Source of the DNA: a virus
Strand: one strand, 5' to 3'
IMG/VR virus record: IMGVR_UViG_3300029286_000030
DNA: 64,000 nt
Shown in pieces: positions 11,265-20,839 of this stretch. The first letter of the stretch is position 1. Every line of letters starts with the position of its first letter. The notes beneath the pieces were generated by a model. It was not told the DNA's origin. It saw nothing but the letters and a program-made list of their open reading frames with translations, and did no database searches. The translations under genes were made by a program, and so were the position numbers.

Positions 11265-11561
11265 TTATTGACCAACGTAAGTTTGTCTTGTTTGGAAGTC
11301 ACTTATTACACTCATAAAGAATAAGATAACCATTATGATTCCTGACATAGAAACTAACATTGCAATAATACTTGCTTGTGCTAAATTATCCATATTTCCA
11401 CCAACTATAGTAGAAACAATTGCATTAGTTACTGGTAAAAGAGCTGCTAAAATAATTAGTCCCATTACTAAAGTAAAAAAACTCATCATTGAGCCTTGAC
11501 CTTTTTGTCCCATTTTTAGAAAATTATTTGGTTTTATTTTTGATGTTTCCATTTTGTTCAC
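11265..11561 (-). CDS. Small membrane protein with candidate archaeal class III (type IV pilin-like) signal peptide (..KMGQKG|QGSMMSFFTLVMGLIILAALL)
   Basis: KG-QGS followed by hydrophobic helix resembles prepilin/archaellin peptidase (FlaK/PibD) substrates; ORF-track start is GTG, in-frame ATG at 11552. Confidence 0.45.
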   Translation of the reverse strand: MNKMETSKIKPNNFLKMGQKGQGSMMSFFTLVMGLIILAALLPVTNAIVSTIVGGNMDNLAQASIIAMLVSMSGIIMVILFFMSVISDFQTRQTYVGQ

Positions 11562-11593
11562 GCTTTTAATATATTATTATAAGGTTTTCTTAT

Positions 11594-11607
11594 TTATAAA
11601 CCTTTCT
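11594..11607 (-). promoter_or_regulatory. BRE/TATA-like promoter motif (minus reading GAAAGGTTTATAAA)
   Basis: Conserved motif upstream of 11265..11561. Confidence 0.45.
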
Positions 11608-11609
11608 AT

Positions 11610-11846
11610 TTATTGAATTTGCTCCTGTTCGTCTCCGCCCATGAAATGATTGGGGCCTTGACTCTGTTGCATATAAACATAAAAGATAAAAACTAAAATT
11701 ATTATGAACATTGATGAAACCATTAGAACAACTGTTGATCCCATTGTATTCTGCATGTCTGGAAGTAATGCTTGCCCAATCGGTAACATTACTGCAAAAA
11801 TTATTAATCCTGTAACAAAAATTATTGTTGCTTCCATCCAACCCAT
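11610..11846 (-). CDS. Small membrane protein (78 aa, two TM helices)
   Basis: Hydrophobic ORF; promoter-like TTTATAAACC at 11878-11887 about 32 nt upstream. Confidence 0.4.
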   Translation of the reverse strand: MGWMEATIIFVTGLIIFAVMLPIGQALLPDMQNTMGSTVVLMVSSMFIIILVFIFYVYMQQSQGPNHFMGGDEQEQIQ

Positions 11847-11894
11847 ATAATCACTAAATATATTAGATATTTATTCTTTATAAACCTGCTGTTT

Positions 11895-14800
11895 TTACAC
11901 TTTTATATCAAGGAAAGTCTTTTCTTTTCCTTTGAATGGAATTGCTTCATTTTGGCTTTCCCATAACTTTTGTTCTTCTCTTTGTATTTGTTGTTGTGTT
12001 GGAATTACATCGTACCCAAAGAATGATCCGCGTTGTGCGATTGTCTTTTGGAATGCTCCAAGTTTATCGGCATCTACTGTAAAGTCTTTTTCACCAAATG
12101 CGAATTTTCTAAATAATGATGATTTAACTTGTATTAATCTTTTTGTCTTTTTTGTTTTCTGGTCTTTACCTTTTTTACCAGATGGGCCACCAACTTGTGG
12201 GGCTGTATAATTTCCACCAAATGGATTTGATAATGGTGCTGATTGTGAAAATAAAGATGGTGAAGATGATGGAGATGATGATATACGTGAACTTGAAATT
12301 ACAGATGATATTGGTTCTGAAATTGTTGATGATTTTTCTGAAACTATTGATTGTTGACTCCATATATCATCAACCATAGATTTTTGTGATTGTGTTAATT
12401 TAACAGATGATGGTATATCTAATTGTTTTATTACATCTTCTTGCATTTTATAAGAATTTAATTTTTCTTGAGGTACTTTAGATTCACTAATTTTTAATTG
12501 TGAAACTATATCCGAAACCATATCTTTTGGAGCAGATGATACACGTATTGGTATTGATATACTTTTTTGCGCAGATATAACTGATGAAATATTATCTGTT
12601 TTTGGTGTATTTTTAATAGTTGTTGGAATTACTCTTTGTATAGGATTCAAATTAAATATATTTGATGTATATCCTAATTCTCTAGCAACTATTGTTTGAG
12701 CTGTTCGTCCACCAGTTTGCCAGTTTGCTAAAAATTCATTTGGCGTTACCCATTTAGCTGCAGCTATTTCACCTGGTCTTGTTATATTAATTTCTCCAGT
12801 TGCTTTTCCAGTAAATAATATATCTTGATTTTGTATTAAATTTCTTGATTGTATTGATGCTACTTTTGTTCTTGGAGATCCTCTAAATTGTCCTCCAAGT
12901 ATATCTGGCATATTACTCTTAGTTAAAAGAGGTGCTAATCCTGTTTCTGCAAATGTTTCTCTGAATGCTGCATATTGTGGAGATTCTCCTGGTCTTACTC
13001 CTCCACCTGGCAATCCCCATGTTCCTGTTTTTGCATCTTGTACAACTAATATCTTTTTTCCCGTTGCATCTGTTATTAATGCTCTTGCAGCTTGTCTAAT
13101 TTCAGTAGTTGCTGATGGATTCAATGCTGTTCCGCCTTTAACATATGCATTAGCACTTGCTTGTGCTATTAATTCTGGAGAAAGTCCTGCTGCTCTTGCT
13201 TGTGCTTCTGCTGCTCTTGACATTTTTACAGCTTGTGCCTCTGCCGCTTGCGCTTTTTGTAAATTTTTAGCATCGCTTTTATTAAAAAATTCAAGTGTAT
13301 TTATTTCTCCTTGAGTAAATTCACTTAAAGGAGCGCCTTCTTTTAATTTATTACTTGTATCAATTCTTAATTGTTTTCTAATAGATCTACCAGCAACTGT
13401 ATCTGGTGATAATAATTTTTGTAAAAATGTTGTTGGCGTAGTTGGTGTAAGTGCTTCTAAATTTTTTCCAGCTAAGAAATAATCAACTGTTTTACCTTCT
13501 ACCGCGGTAAGATTTAATTTACCAGTTTTATCAAATATTTCTAATTTCTTTATTGTATCTTTAATTGCTTGTGCTGTTGGTGGTGCTTCTGATACAGGTT
13601 TACCTAACATTTTAGTAACAAAATCTGTTTCTAATATCTTACTAGCTACTCCAGTTTGTAATAATCTGCCAGCTATATCTGTTCTTGGTCTCATTCCAGT
13701 TTCTAATTGAGTAGCTCTTGAAGTATCTTTCTTTATAAAATAATCAAGTGTATTTAATTCTCCTTGAGTAAATTTATTTAGTGATGCTTCACTTTTTAAT
13801 TTATTACTTGTATCAATTCTCAATTGTTGTCTAACACTTCTACCTGCAATTGTATTTGGAGATAATAATTTTTGTAAAAGTGTTGTTGGTGCTGTAGATC
13901 CAAATTCTAAATTCTTTCCAGCTAAAAAATAATCAACTGTTTTACCTTCTAATGGTGTAAGACTTAATTCTCCAGTTTTTTCAAATGTTTGTAATTTCTT
14001 TATAGCATCTTTGATAGCTTGTTGTGTTGGAGGAGTTTCTACTGGAGTTTTATTTAATAATTTATTAGCCAAATCAGTTTGTAATAAATTACTTGCAATA
14101 TTTGTTTGTAATAATTTACCAAATAAATCTGTTCTTGGGCGCATTCCAGTATTTAATTCACTTATTCTTGCTTCTGTTTTACCTAAAAATTCTTCAACTG
14201 CTTTTGATTCTCCTGGTGTAAGATTTAATTCTCCAGTTCTTTCAAATAACTTTAACTTATCCATAGTATTTTGTATTAATTGATTTCTTTGTGCAACTGT
14301 TAATAATTCCCCTTTATTAAATGCCATATCTTCTGCTATTAATTTAGGCATTAATTTTGTTTCTGCTGGAGTTAATTTCACAGATGGACTTGTAGATATT
14401 TTTGTCTTTAGTGCTGCAATATCAGCAACTTCTTTTGCAGCTGCATCTATTTTAGCATTCATTGCTTGCATATTCTCAACAAACTGTTTTCCTTTTATTT
14501 TTCCAATTTCTTCCCAAGTTGTTGGTGTAATAACTACTGGTTTTAATATTGTTGGTATTGGAGTAGATGTTATTCCTATTATATCAGTTGCACGAACTAT
14601 TTTAGCTCCAAGTGTAGTTGGTTGCACAATATTTCCAATTCCTATCGCAATATCTTTAGTAATATTTTGAGGATAAAATGTTACTTTAGATTCAGCTATA
14701 TTTTGACCTAATGCTACTGCTTTATTTGCTAAATTTTCAGTTCCTATAATTAAATTTTTTCCACCAGTAACAATATTTTTTCCACCTGCTAATATTGTTG

Positions 14801-17800
14801 CCCCTGTTTCAATTACTGCTCCTTTTACTCCTGTTTTCATTCCACTAGTAGATGTTGATGCTTGACTTTTTAATAATGAAAATAAATCTCCTTTTTGTGC
14901 TTTCGCTGTTGTATATGGTTTAGATTCAACTACAACTGCTTTTTTTCCTCCTCCTTCAACAGTAAATATATCTTTCATTTCTGTAATAGTATTAGTATAA
15001 GGATCTGGGCTTGCTCTATATTGTCCTAAAATATTTGATGGATTTCTTATAATTAATAATTTTTCTGATCCTGGAATTACTTTATATGATGATCCTAAAA
15101 CATATTTACCTGTAGTAAGATCAACTCCACTTGATCCTAATTGAACAGCTGTTTCATTATATCCTTGGAATCTTTTTCCATCCCATGCTTTAAGAACTAT
15201 ATCTTGACCTTTTGCATTTTTTCCAAAATTTTCTGTTTGGAAAAACTTTCCAGCATTTTCAGGATTTGAATTTATTCTTGAAATATAATCTTTTACAAGT
15301 TCTCCTTGAATTGGTCTATTTGCTTTGATACTCATGTCAATCATATTTCCTCTTGCAAGTACTACTGATTGCGGTTCTGTATCAAACATACTTTTAAGTT
15401 TAGTCAATGTTAATGGATCTGCTTTAAAAGTACTTTGCCCTTTTCTTTGTACATATGAAAGTAAATCTGTAGTTAATGATTTGCCTGCAGTTATTGGTCT
15501 ATTAGTTGCTAAATCATATCCTATATCTTTTTTTGATAAAACATCTAATAAACTTCGAGTATCTTGTTGTGGTTGTCCTTTACCTGCTTTTTGAGCTACA
15601 TATGCAGGTGTTCCTGTTCCAAGATATGATCCGTATGCAATTGCTAAATATTCTCCAGTTTTTGCTTCTTTAAAAAATGCCATTCCTTCAATATTTTGTT
15701 TACCGAAATATGTATCAATCATTCCATTTTTTGCTCTGTTTGCTTCAGCTCCAGTTGGTTGTTTTTCAAAAATTCCTTGTTGGCCTTTAACTTTTCCACC
15801 GTGGGCGAAATATTCTTTTGCAGATACTTCTGTTAATCCATTTTGTTTTAACCATTTTGCATCTTTTGCCAATGCTGGTCCAGTTCCATCAAATAAAAAC
15901 ATTCTTACTTTATCTCCTAAATAATTTGAAAGTGTACTATATTTCATTCCATTTTTCCCATCATTTGCAATCATTCTCATTATATTTTCTCCAGCAGACA
16001 TTCCTTTAACTGATCTATATGGATCAATAAATTGAGCCGATTTTGGAAATTTAGATACAGTATAATATCCAAGAGAATTTTCTAATATATTTCCTGGAAC
16101 TCTAGCTGCCATTGATCCTAAAGTTGCTCCTGCATATGCTACTCTTAATGATCTATCAATTTCTTCTGCTTCTTTTTCTAATGTTGGATCTTTTCTAACC
16201 ATTTCAATAGATTTTAATCCTTCCATTCCAGTCATTGCCGTGTAATATGCTGGCATCGCAACTGTATTTACAGCTGTTAATACTTTTGAAACTCCAGTAA
16301 GTTTAGACGCTTTTGCGATTTCTCCAGATGCTGCTGCAAGTTGAGATCCTTTTGTATACAATCCTAATCCTTTAATTCCTGCTCCTGCAACACCAAATAC
16401 TGCTCCAGTTGCTAAACTTCCAAGTAATTCATTTGAGTCTTTTGCTTCAGCTGCACCTAATACTGCTGCACCAGTTGTAATAGCTCCACCCAATGGACCG
16501 CCAACAAGCATACCTGCTACATATGGTGCAAAAGTTCCAACTACTCTACCAGTTTGGCCAGCCGCTTGAATTTCTCCTTCTTGTAATACTTCAAATGTAC
16601 CCATTTGTCCATATGCTTTATCTAAATCTCTAGCATATCCTCGTGCGTATTTCTCTGCAACAATTTCTCCAGTTGTTGGAAGAACTTGTGATAACCCAGT
16701 TCCTAACCATCTTGCTCCAGCTTCTATAGGAATTGGTTTAGAAAAGCCACCGCCAGTTAAATAATCTCCAGCTCCAGTAAAAGTTTGACTAGCTTTACCA
16801 CCGGTTGCTACATCTGCTAATAAAAATGGTGGTGTTAAAGACATTATATTACTTGGCGCAATTTCAATTGATTTATCATATCCAGGTAATAAACTTTTTG
16901 AAAAATCTTGTTGATTTGCATATCCTTTTGCATCTCTATTTGCTTGTAAATAAGATTCTCCTAAATTCCATATTCCTTTTCCAGCTGCTACTGTTGTAGT
17001 ATCTCCGCCAATTAAAAATGCATCTTGAACTCCAATTGGAATTTGTTTTGGTAATCCTGTTTTAGGATTATAATTTAATTGAATTAACGGATTTTCGATA
17101 TCATATTTTATTTTTGCTCCATATGGGCTCATTTTATTTTGTTTATAAAAATCACTTGATATTTTATATTCATCTAAAGAAATTAAAGGAGTTGTATCTA
17201 TATTTCCTGGAGTTTTTGTTGCGTACATTCTAAATGTATCTCGCAATGCAATATCTTCTACTTTATTTATATCTCTACTTGGTGTATATGTAATTTCTTC
17301 CATATCTTTTAAATATGCTGCATCTTTTTGTTTATTTAATTCCATTGTTTTTTCAAATGGTATAAACACCATTAATTTTGTTCCATCAGCAGAAGTTTCT
17401 TCTCTAAATAAAGTTGAATCTGTAGTTATTTTTTTCCAATCTGATCCTTCACCATATATTTTATCTAATTCTGTTTTTTTAGTTTCTGAATATTTAGCAA
17501 CATCTTCAAGATTATATCCTGTGGTTTTTGCAAAATCATTCTTTATATTTGATCTATCAGTAAGATATTCATTTTGAATTTTTGCTGTTGGAAATTCATA
17601 TGATATTATTGGATTTCCATCTTTATCTTTTCCTGTTTCACGTGCAAATGCACTATATTTAAAATCAATATCAGCGAATTTTGGCGCAAAGTTTGTACTA
17701 TATGTAGTAAGAGCCGCATCTAGTTTTGGATCTATAATTGCATCTCTTTTTGCAGTTGTACTTTTAATAACTGGATCTGCTACAGTTTGCCATTTTTCTA

Positions 17801-19400
17801 ATGCATCTATACGCGCTTTATTTTCTGTAATAGTAATATCTTTCATATTTGGTGTTTCAACAACTTTACTAATAGGAATTGTTGTTTGTGGAACTTCATC
17901 TTTTCCTAAAAGATCATGCCCAAACATAATAGTACTACCAACAACACTTCCACCTAATTGTACAATTCCTGCAATTGGCGAAGCAATTGCCTTTGCTACT
18001 TGACCAACGCCTGGCCCAGCTAATGCTGTATAATTTTTTTCACCTTGATTTATAACATTAGTAAAATCCATATTTTGTATTCCTCTAGCCCAATCTTCTC
18101 CTCCCATACTAACTGCTTGAATCGCATTTTCTGGTTTTGGTTTAGGTGGAGTATATGGCCCAGCAATTGTATCAACAAGCTGTGTTAAATCTTTTGGTTT
18201 ATCTTTTGGTAAAATAATATTTTTATTAAAATTCTGTAGTGTAACATCTGAAGTTCCTGCAATTCCTGATAAATCTAATGTATCAGCATATTTTTTATAT
18301 ATGTTAAATGAATTTTGAGATATAACACTATTATTATCATAATAATCATTCAATGTTGTTTTTACAATTTCTTTTATTGCAATTTTATCTGCATCTGTTA
18401 ATTCAGTAGCCGCTCTATATTGATTATCTAATGCCATTGCATTTTGAGTTCCTTCTGTTGTTTTTTTCAATAGTTCTTGTCCTGCTGGCCCATAAAATTT
18501 TTCTTGCCCCTGAACTGATTTTTGTCCAAGAATTGTTATAGCATCTTTTAATCTTTCTGGTGTTGGCTGTGGTGGAAGAATAATTGTTTGATCAACATTT
18601 TTAAATTTTGTTAAATCAGACATTGTTTTTTCTGCTCCTGCAACTTGTAATTGTGTACTAAATTTTGAAAAATCTAATGGTGGAGTTAATGTAGACGTTT
18701 GTGGTCTTTCGGTGATTGTTAATGTTGATGGTACAGCTGGTTTTGTAAGTGTTCCAAAAGATGTTTGTTGAATTGTTGTTTTCATTGATGGTGCCATCGA
18801 TACATTTTGATTAGGACCTGATGTAATCATTCCACTTTGTATTGGTTTTGTTGGAGTTAATAATGAAACAGATGATGGTTTTGTAAAATTACTAATTGGC
18901 GATGCGGTTGGAGAAAAATAATTTGGTGTTCCACTCAAATTAAAATAATCTCTTGCTGGTAACAGTGTATTAAACGATCCACTTTGTGCTTGTTCATATG
19001 TTTGTTTAACATATCCAATTCCTGGATCTTTTAATGATGACATTCCTTGTTTTGTTATTGGATTATAATATTGTCCTGGGCCACGATCTTGTATACTAAC
19101 ATTTTGTTGTGTTGCCGTAATAAGTGGTTTTGGTGCAATCAAAGATGATTGTGGAGATGAAGATGATAATTGTATTTTTGGTGGAGTGATTGTTGTTTTT
19201 GGTGGAGTGATTGTTGTTTTTGGCGGTATAATAGTTTGAGTTGGTGGAGGTGGTGGTAATCCTATTCCACCCCAACTAGAATTTTGATTTGGTCCAGAAT
19301 AAATAGGTCCTGGCGCAGTTGAAGTAATTGGAGTTGTAGGTTGTAAATTAAATGGATTTGTATTATTTGTAAGATTGAATGGATTAATTGGTAGTACCAT
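11895..19400 (-). CDS. Giant multidomain protein (2501 aa): Pro/Thr-rich N-terminus (PPKTTIT repeats), Gly/Ala-rich hydrophobic core segments, two tandem ~150-aa repeats, embedded NUDIX hydrolase motif (GGGVRPGESPQYAAFRETFAETGL), Ser-rich tail
   Basis: Single uninterrupted ORF; NUDIX box G-x5-E-x7-RE-x2-(A/E)E-xGU visible; leaderless promoter TTTAAAAACC 24 nt upstream. Confidence 0.85.
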   Translation of the reverse strand: MVLPINPFNLTNNTNPFNLQPTTPITSTAPGPIYSGPNQNSSWGGIGLPPPPPTQTIIPPKTTITPPKTTITPPKIQLSSSSPQSSLIAPKPLITATQQNVSIQDRGPGQYYNPITKQGMSSLKDPGIGYVKQTYEQAQSGSFNTLLPARDYFNLSGTPNYFSPTASPISNFTKPSSVSLLTPTKPIQSGMITSGPNQNVSMAPSMKTTIQQTSFGTLTKPAVPSTLTITERPQTSTLTPPLDFSKFSTQLQVAGAEKTMSDLTKFKNVDQTIILPPQPTPERLKDAITILGQKSVQGQEKFYGPAGQELLKKTTEGTQNAMALDNQYRAATELTDADKIAIKEIVKTTLNDYYDNNSVISQNSFNIYKKYADTLDLSGIAGTSDVTLQNFNKNIILPKDKPKDLTQLVDTIAGPYTPPKPKPENAIQAVSMGGEDWARGIQNMDFTNVINQGEKNYTALAGPGVGQVAKAIASPIAGIVQLGGSVVGSTIMFGHDLLGKDEVPQTTIPISKVVETPNMKDITITENKARIDALEKWQTVADPVIKSTTAKRDAIIDPKLDAALTTYSTNFAPKFADIDFKYSAFARETGKDKDGNPIISYEFPTAKIQNEYLTDRSNIKNDFAKTTGYNLEDVAKYSETKKTELDKIYGEGSDWKKITTDSTLFREETSADGTKLMVFIPFEKTMELNKQKDAAYLKDMEEITYTPSRDINKVEDIALRDTFRMYATKTPGNIDTTPLISLDEYKISSDFYKQNKMSPYGAKIKYDIENPLIQLNYNPKTGLPKQIPIGVQDAFLIGGDTTTVAAGKGIWNLGESYLQANRDAKGYANQQDFSKSLLPGYDKSIEIAPSNIMSLTPPFLLADVATGGKASQTFTGAGDYLTGGGFSKPIPIEAGARWLGTGLSQVLPTTGEIVAEKYARGYARDLDKAYGQMGTFEVLQEGEIQAAGQTGRVVGTFAPYVAGMLVGGPLGGAITTGAAVLGAAEAKDSNELLGSLATGAVFGVAGAGIKGLGLYTKGSQLAAASGEIAKASKLTGVSKVLTAVNTVAMPAYYTAMTGMEGLKSIEMVRKDPTLEKEAEEIDRSLRVAYAGATLGSMAARVPGNILENSLGYYTVSKFPKSAQFIDPYRSVKGMSAGENIMRMIANDGKNGMKYSTLSNYLGDKVRMFLFDGTGPALAKDAKWLKQNGLTEVSAKEYFAHGGKVKGQQGIFEKQPTGAEANRAKNGMIDTYFGKQNIEGMAFFKEAKTGEYLAIAYGSYLGTGTPAYVAQKAGKGQPQQDTRSLLDVLSKKDIGYDLATNRPITAGKSLTTDLLSYVQRKGQSTFKADPLTLTKLKSMFDTEPQSVVLARGNMIDMSIKANRPIQGELVKDYISRINSNPENAGKFFQTENFGKNAKGQDIVLKAWDGKRFQGYNETAVQLGSSGVDLTTGKYVLGSSYKVIPGSEKLLIIRNPSNILGQYRASPDPYTNTITEMKDIFTVEGGGKKAVVVESKPYTTAKAQKGDLFSLLKSQASTSTSGMKTGVKGAVIETGATILAGGKNIVTGGKNLIIGTENLANKAVALGQNIAESKVTFYPQNITKDIAIGIGNIVQPTTLGAKIVRATDIIGITSTPIPTILKPVVITPTTWEEIGKIKGKQFVENMQAMNAKIDAAAKEVADIAALKTKISTSPSVKLTPAETKLMPKLIAEDMAFNKGELLTVAQRNQLIQNTMDKLKLFERTGELNLTPGESKAVEEFLGKTEARISELNTGMRPRTDLFGKLLQTNIASNLLQTDLANKLLNKTPVETPPTQQAIKDAIKKLQTFEKTGELSLTPLEGKTVDYFLAGKNLEFGSTAPTTLLQKLLSPNTIAGRSVRQQLRIDTSNKLKSEASLNKFTQGELNTLDYFIKKDTSRATQLETGMRPRTDIAGRLLQTGVASKILETDFVTKMLGKPVSEAPPTAQAIKDTIKKLEIFDKTGKLNLTAVEGKTVDYFLAGKNLEALTPTTPTTFLQKLLSPDTVAGRSIRKQLRIDTSNKLKEGAPLSEFTQGEINTLEFFNKSDAKNLQKAQAAEAQAVKMSRAAEAQARAAGLSPELIAQASANAYVKGGTALNPSATTEIRQAARALITDATGKKILVVQDAKTGTWGLPGGGVRPGESPQYAAFRETFAETGLAPLLTKSNMPDILGGQFRGSPRTKVASIQSRNLIQNQDILFTGKATGEINITRPGEIAAAKWVTPNEFLANWQTGGRTAQTIVARELGYTSNIFNLNPIQRVIPTTIKNTPKTDNISSVISAQKSISIPIRVSSAPKDMVSDIVSQLKISESKVPQEKLNSYKMQEDVIKQLDIPSSVKLTQSQKSMVDDIWSQQSIVSEKSSTISEPISSVISSSRISSSPSSSPSLFSQSAPLSNPFGGNYTAPQVGGPSGKKGKDQKTKKTKRLIQVKSSLFRKFAFGEKDFTVDADKLGAFQKTIAQRGSFFGYDVIPTQQQIQREEQKLWESQNEAIPFKGKEKTFLDIKV
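13275..14270. repeat. Tandem coding repeat, about 2.2 copies of a ~460-bp unit (about 85% identity) inside the 2501-aa gene
   Basis: Direct DNA similarity 13275-13737 vs 13738-14200 plus partial third copy; encodes repeated RTDLFGKLLQT...TVDYFLAGKNLE module. Confidence 0.8.
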
Positions 19401-19422
19401 ATTAATCTATAAGATTCCTTTA

Positions 19423-19437
19423 TTTAAAAACCTTTGT
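19423..19437 (-). promoter_or_regulatory. BRE/TATA-like promoter (minus reading CAAAGGTTTTTAAAT), TATA 3' edge 24 nt from ATG (leaderless)
   Basis: Conserved motif and spacing. Confidence 0.5.
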
Positions 19438-19438
19438 G

Positions 19439-20797
19439 TTAACGGCTTGCGTCATATTTAAGTTGTTGCGCAGGTGTTAATTTAGAATACATTGTTTTTA
19501 ATGTATATGATGTATCAATTGTTCTTCCTGTTGGAACGTTATATCGCATCCATGCACTTTCTTGTTTGTCAGTAGCTGCTGTTGCTTCTTCTTGTTTAGC
19601 AAAATTTAAAATAGTATTTGATTTATCAACTGCAGCGTCAAATTCAGATCCTGCTTTTTGAATTTTTGCTGTATTTGCAACATCATATTTACTTGCTCTA
19701 TCAGCTAAAATTTTTTCAGCTCTTCTAACAGGAGCTTCATTTGCTAAATTAGTTCCACCAACTAATGATATAAATCCTTTTTTTCTTTCTGTAGCTGCTT
19801 CTAAAATTCTTGCTTGACTTTTTATTAAAGCAGCTGCTCCAGCTTTTTCTGCTTCATACTTAGCTCTATCAACTGCAACCATTTTTTCTAATTCTGCTTT
19901 AAAAGATGGATCTGTAAGTTTCTTTTCTAATATTTCTGCATAAAGTTTATTATATGCAGCATTATCTCGTTGATCTGAAAGTTCTGGTCTATTTTGTTCT
20001 ATCCAAAGTTCTACTTCAAAATCTGTTTTCCATCCTGTTTTAGGATCATAAGTATAAGTTGTTTTTCCATCTTGTATTGTTTGTCCACCGCTTCCGCTTC
20101 CTCCTCCGCTTCCTCCTCCGCTTCCTCCTCCGCTTCCTCCTCCGCCCCAACTTGAATTTTGATTAGGTCCAGAATAAATTGGTCCTGCTGGTGTAGAAGG
20201 TGTTGATGGTTTTGGTAAATTGAAAGGATTTGATGTAGATGGTATATTAAAATAATTTGTAGATGGTTTTGGTGCTGCAGGTGGTGGTGATGCTGGTGGT
20301 TTTGGTGGAGCTGGAGGTGGTGATGCTGGTGGTTTAGGTGGATTAAAAAAATTATTTACTGCTGATGCAATTTGATCAAATGGCCATCCTTGTCTATCAT
20401 AATCAAATGGATAACAATCTTTATTATTTGGAACTCCATCACTATCAAAGTCCATACGTCCATATTTTTTTCTATACTTCTCAGGAACTGCATTCCATGG
20501 TTTATTCATAAATCTTTTAGAAAGAGTGTGTATTTCGCGTGCATCTTCTTCAGCTTTCTTAGCTCTTATTTTCTTTTCTTTTAATTCGTGTATTAATTCA
20601 GTTAATTGTTTTTTATTTAATTCTGTAGATTGTGCGGGCCCAACGTGTAGTGTTTTTTGAACTTGCCTTCCCCATGTATTTGGATATGGGTCAAATGCTG
20701 TAGAAGAACCAATTATTTTTGGTGTAAAATCGTCTGCTAATTTATCAATAGACGAAAAATAATCTGTCTTACCCATCATATTATTTGGTTTATTCAT
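19439..20797 (-). CDS. Hypothetical protein (452 aa) with thrombospondin-type-3-like Ca-binding motif (DFDSDGVPNNKDCYPFDYD), Pro-rich and (GGGS)n linkers, conserved C-terminal domain shared with neighbouring paralogue
   Basis: ORF, promoter motif 23 nt upstream, paralogy to 20840..22294. Confidence 0.75.
   Translation of the reverse strand: MNKPNNMMGKTDYFSSIDKLADDFTPKIIGSSTAFDPYPNTWGRQVQKTLHVGPAQSTELNKKQLTELIHELKEKKIRAKKAEEDAREIHTLSKRFMNKPWNAVPEKYRKKYGRMDFDSDGVPNNKDCYPFDYDRQGWPFDQIASAVNNFFNPPKPPASPPPAPPKPPASPPPAAPKPSTNYFNIPSTSNPFNLPKPSTPSTPAGPIYSGPNQNSSWGGGGSGGGSGGGSGGGSGSGGQTIQDGKTTYTYDPKTGWKTDFEVELWIEQNRPELSDQRDNAAYNKLYAEILEKKLTDPSFKAELEKMVAVDRAKYEAEKAGAAALIKSQARILEAATERKKGFISLVGGTNLANEAPVRRAEKILADRASKYDVANTAKIQKAGSEFDAAVDKSNTILNFAKQEEATAATDKQESAWMRYNVPTGRTIDTSYTLKTMYSKLTPAQQLKYDASR
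19780..19976. repeat. About 197-bp block identical to 21184..21380 (inter-paralogue gene conversion/duplication)
   Basis: Near-100% nucleotide identity between the two tandem paralogues. Confidence 0.8.
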
Positions 20798-20815
20798 AAC
20801 AAATAGTATATTTTC

Positions 20816-20835
20816 TTTATTTATAAAGCTTTCGT
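20816..20835 (-). promoter_or_regulatory. BRE/TATA-like promoter (minus reading CGAAAGCTTTATAAATAAAG), 23 nt from ATG
   Basis: Conserved motif and spacing. Confidence 0.5.
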
Positions 20836-20839
20836 TTTA

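Noticed and set aside
11590-11841. 83-aa ORF overlapping 11610..11846 in another frame
   Set aside because: The overlapping frame encodes a coherent two-helix membrane protein with an appropriately spaced promoter. The 83-aa frame is Cys/Asn-rich low complexity.
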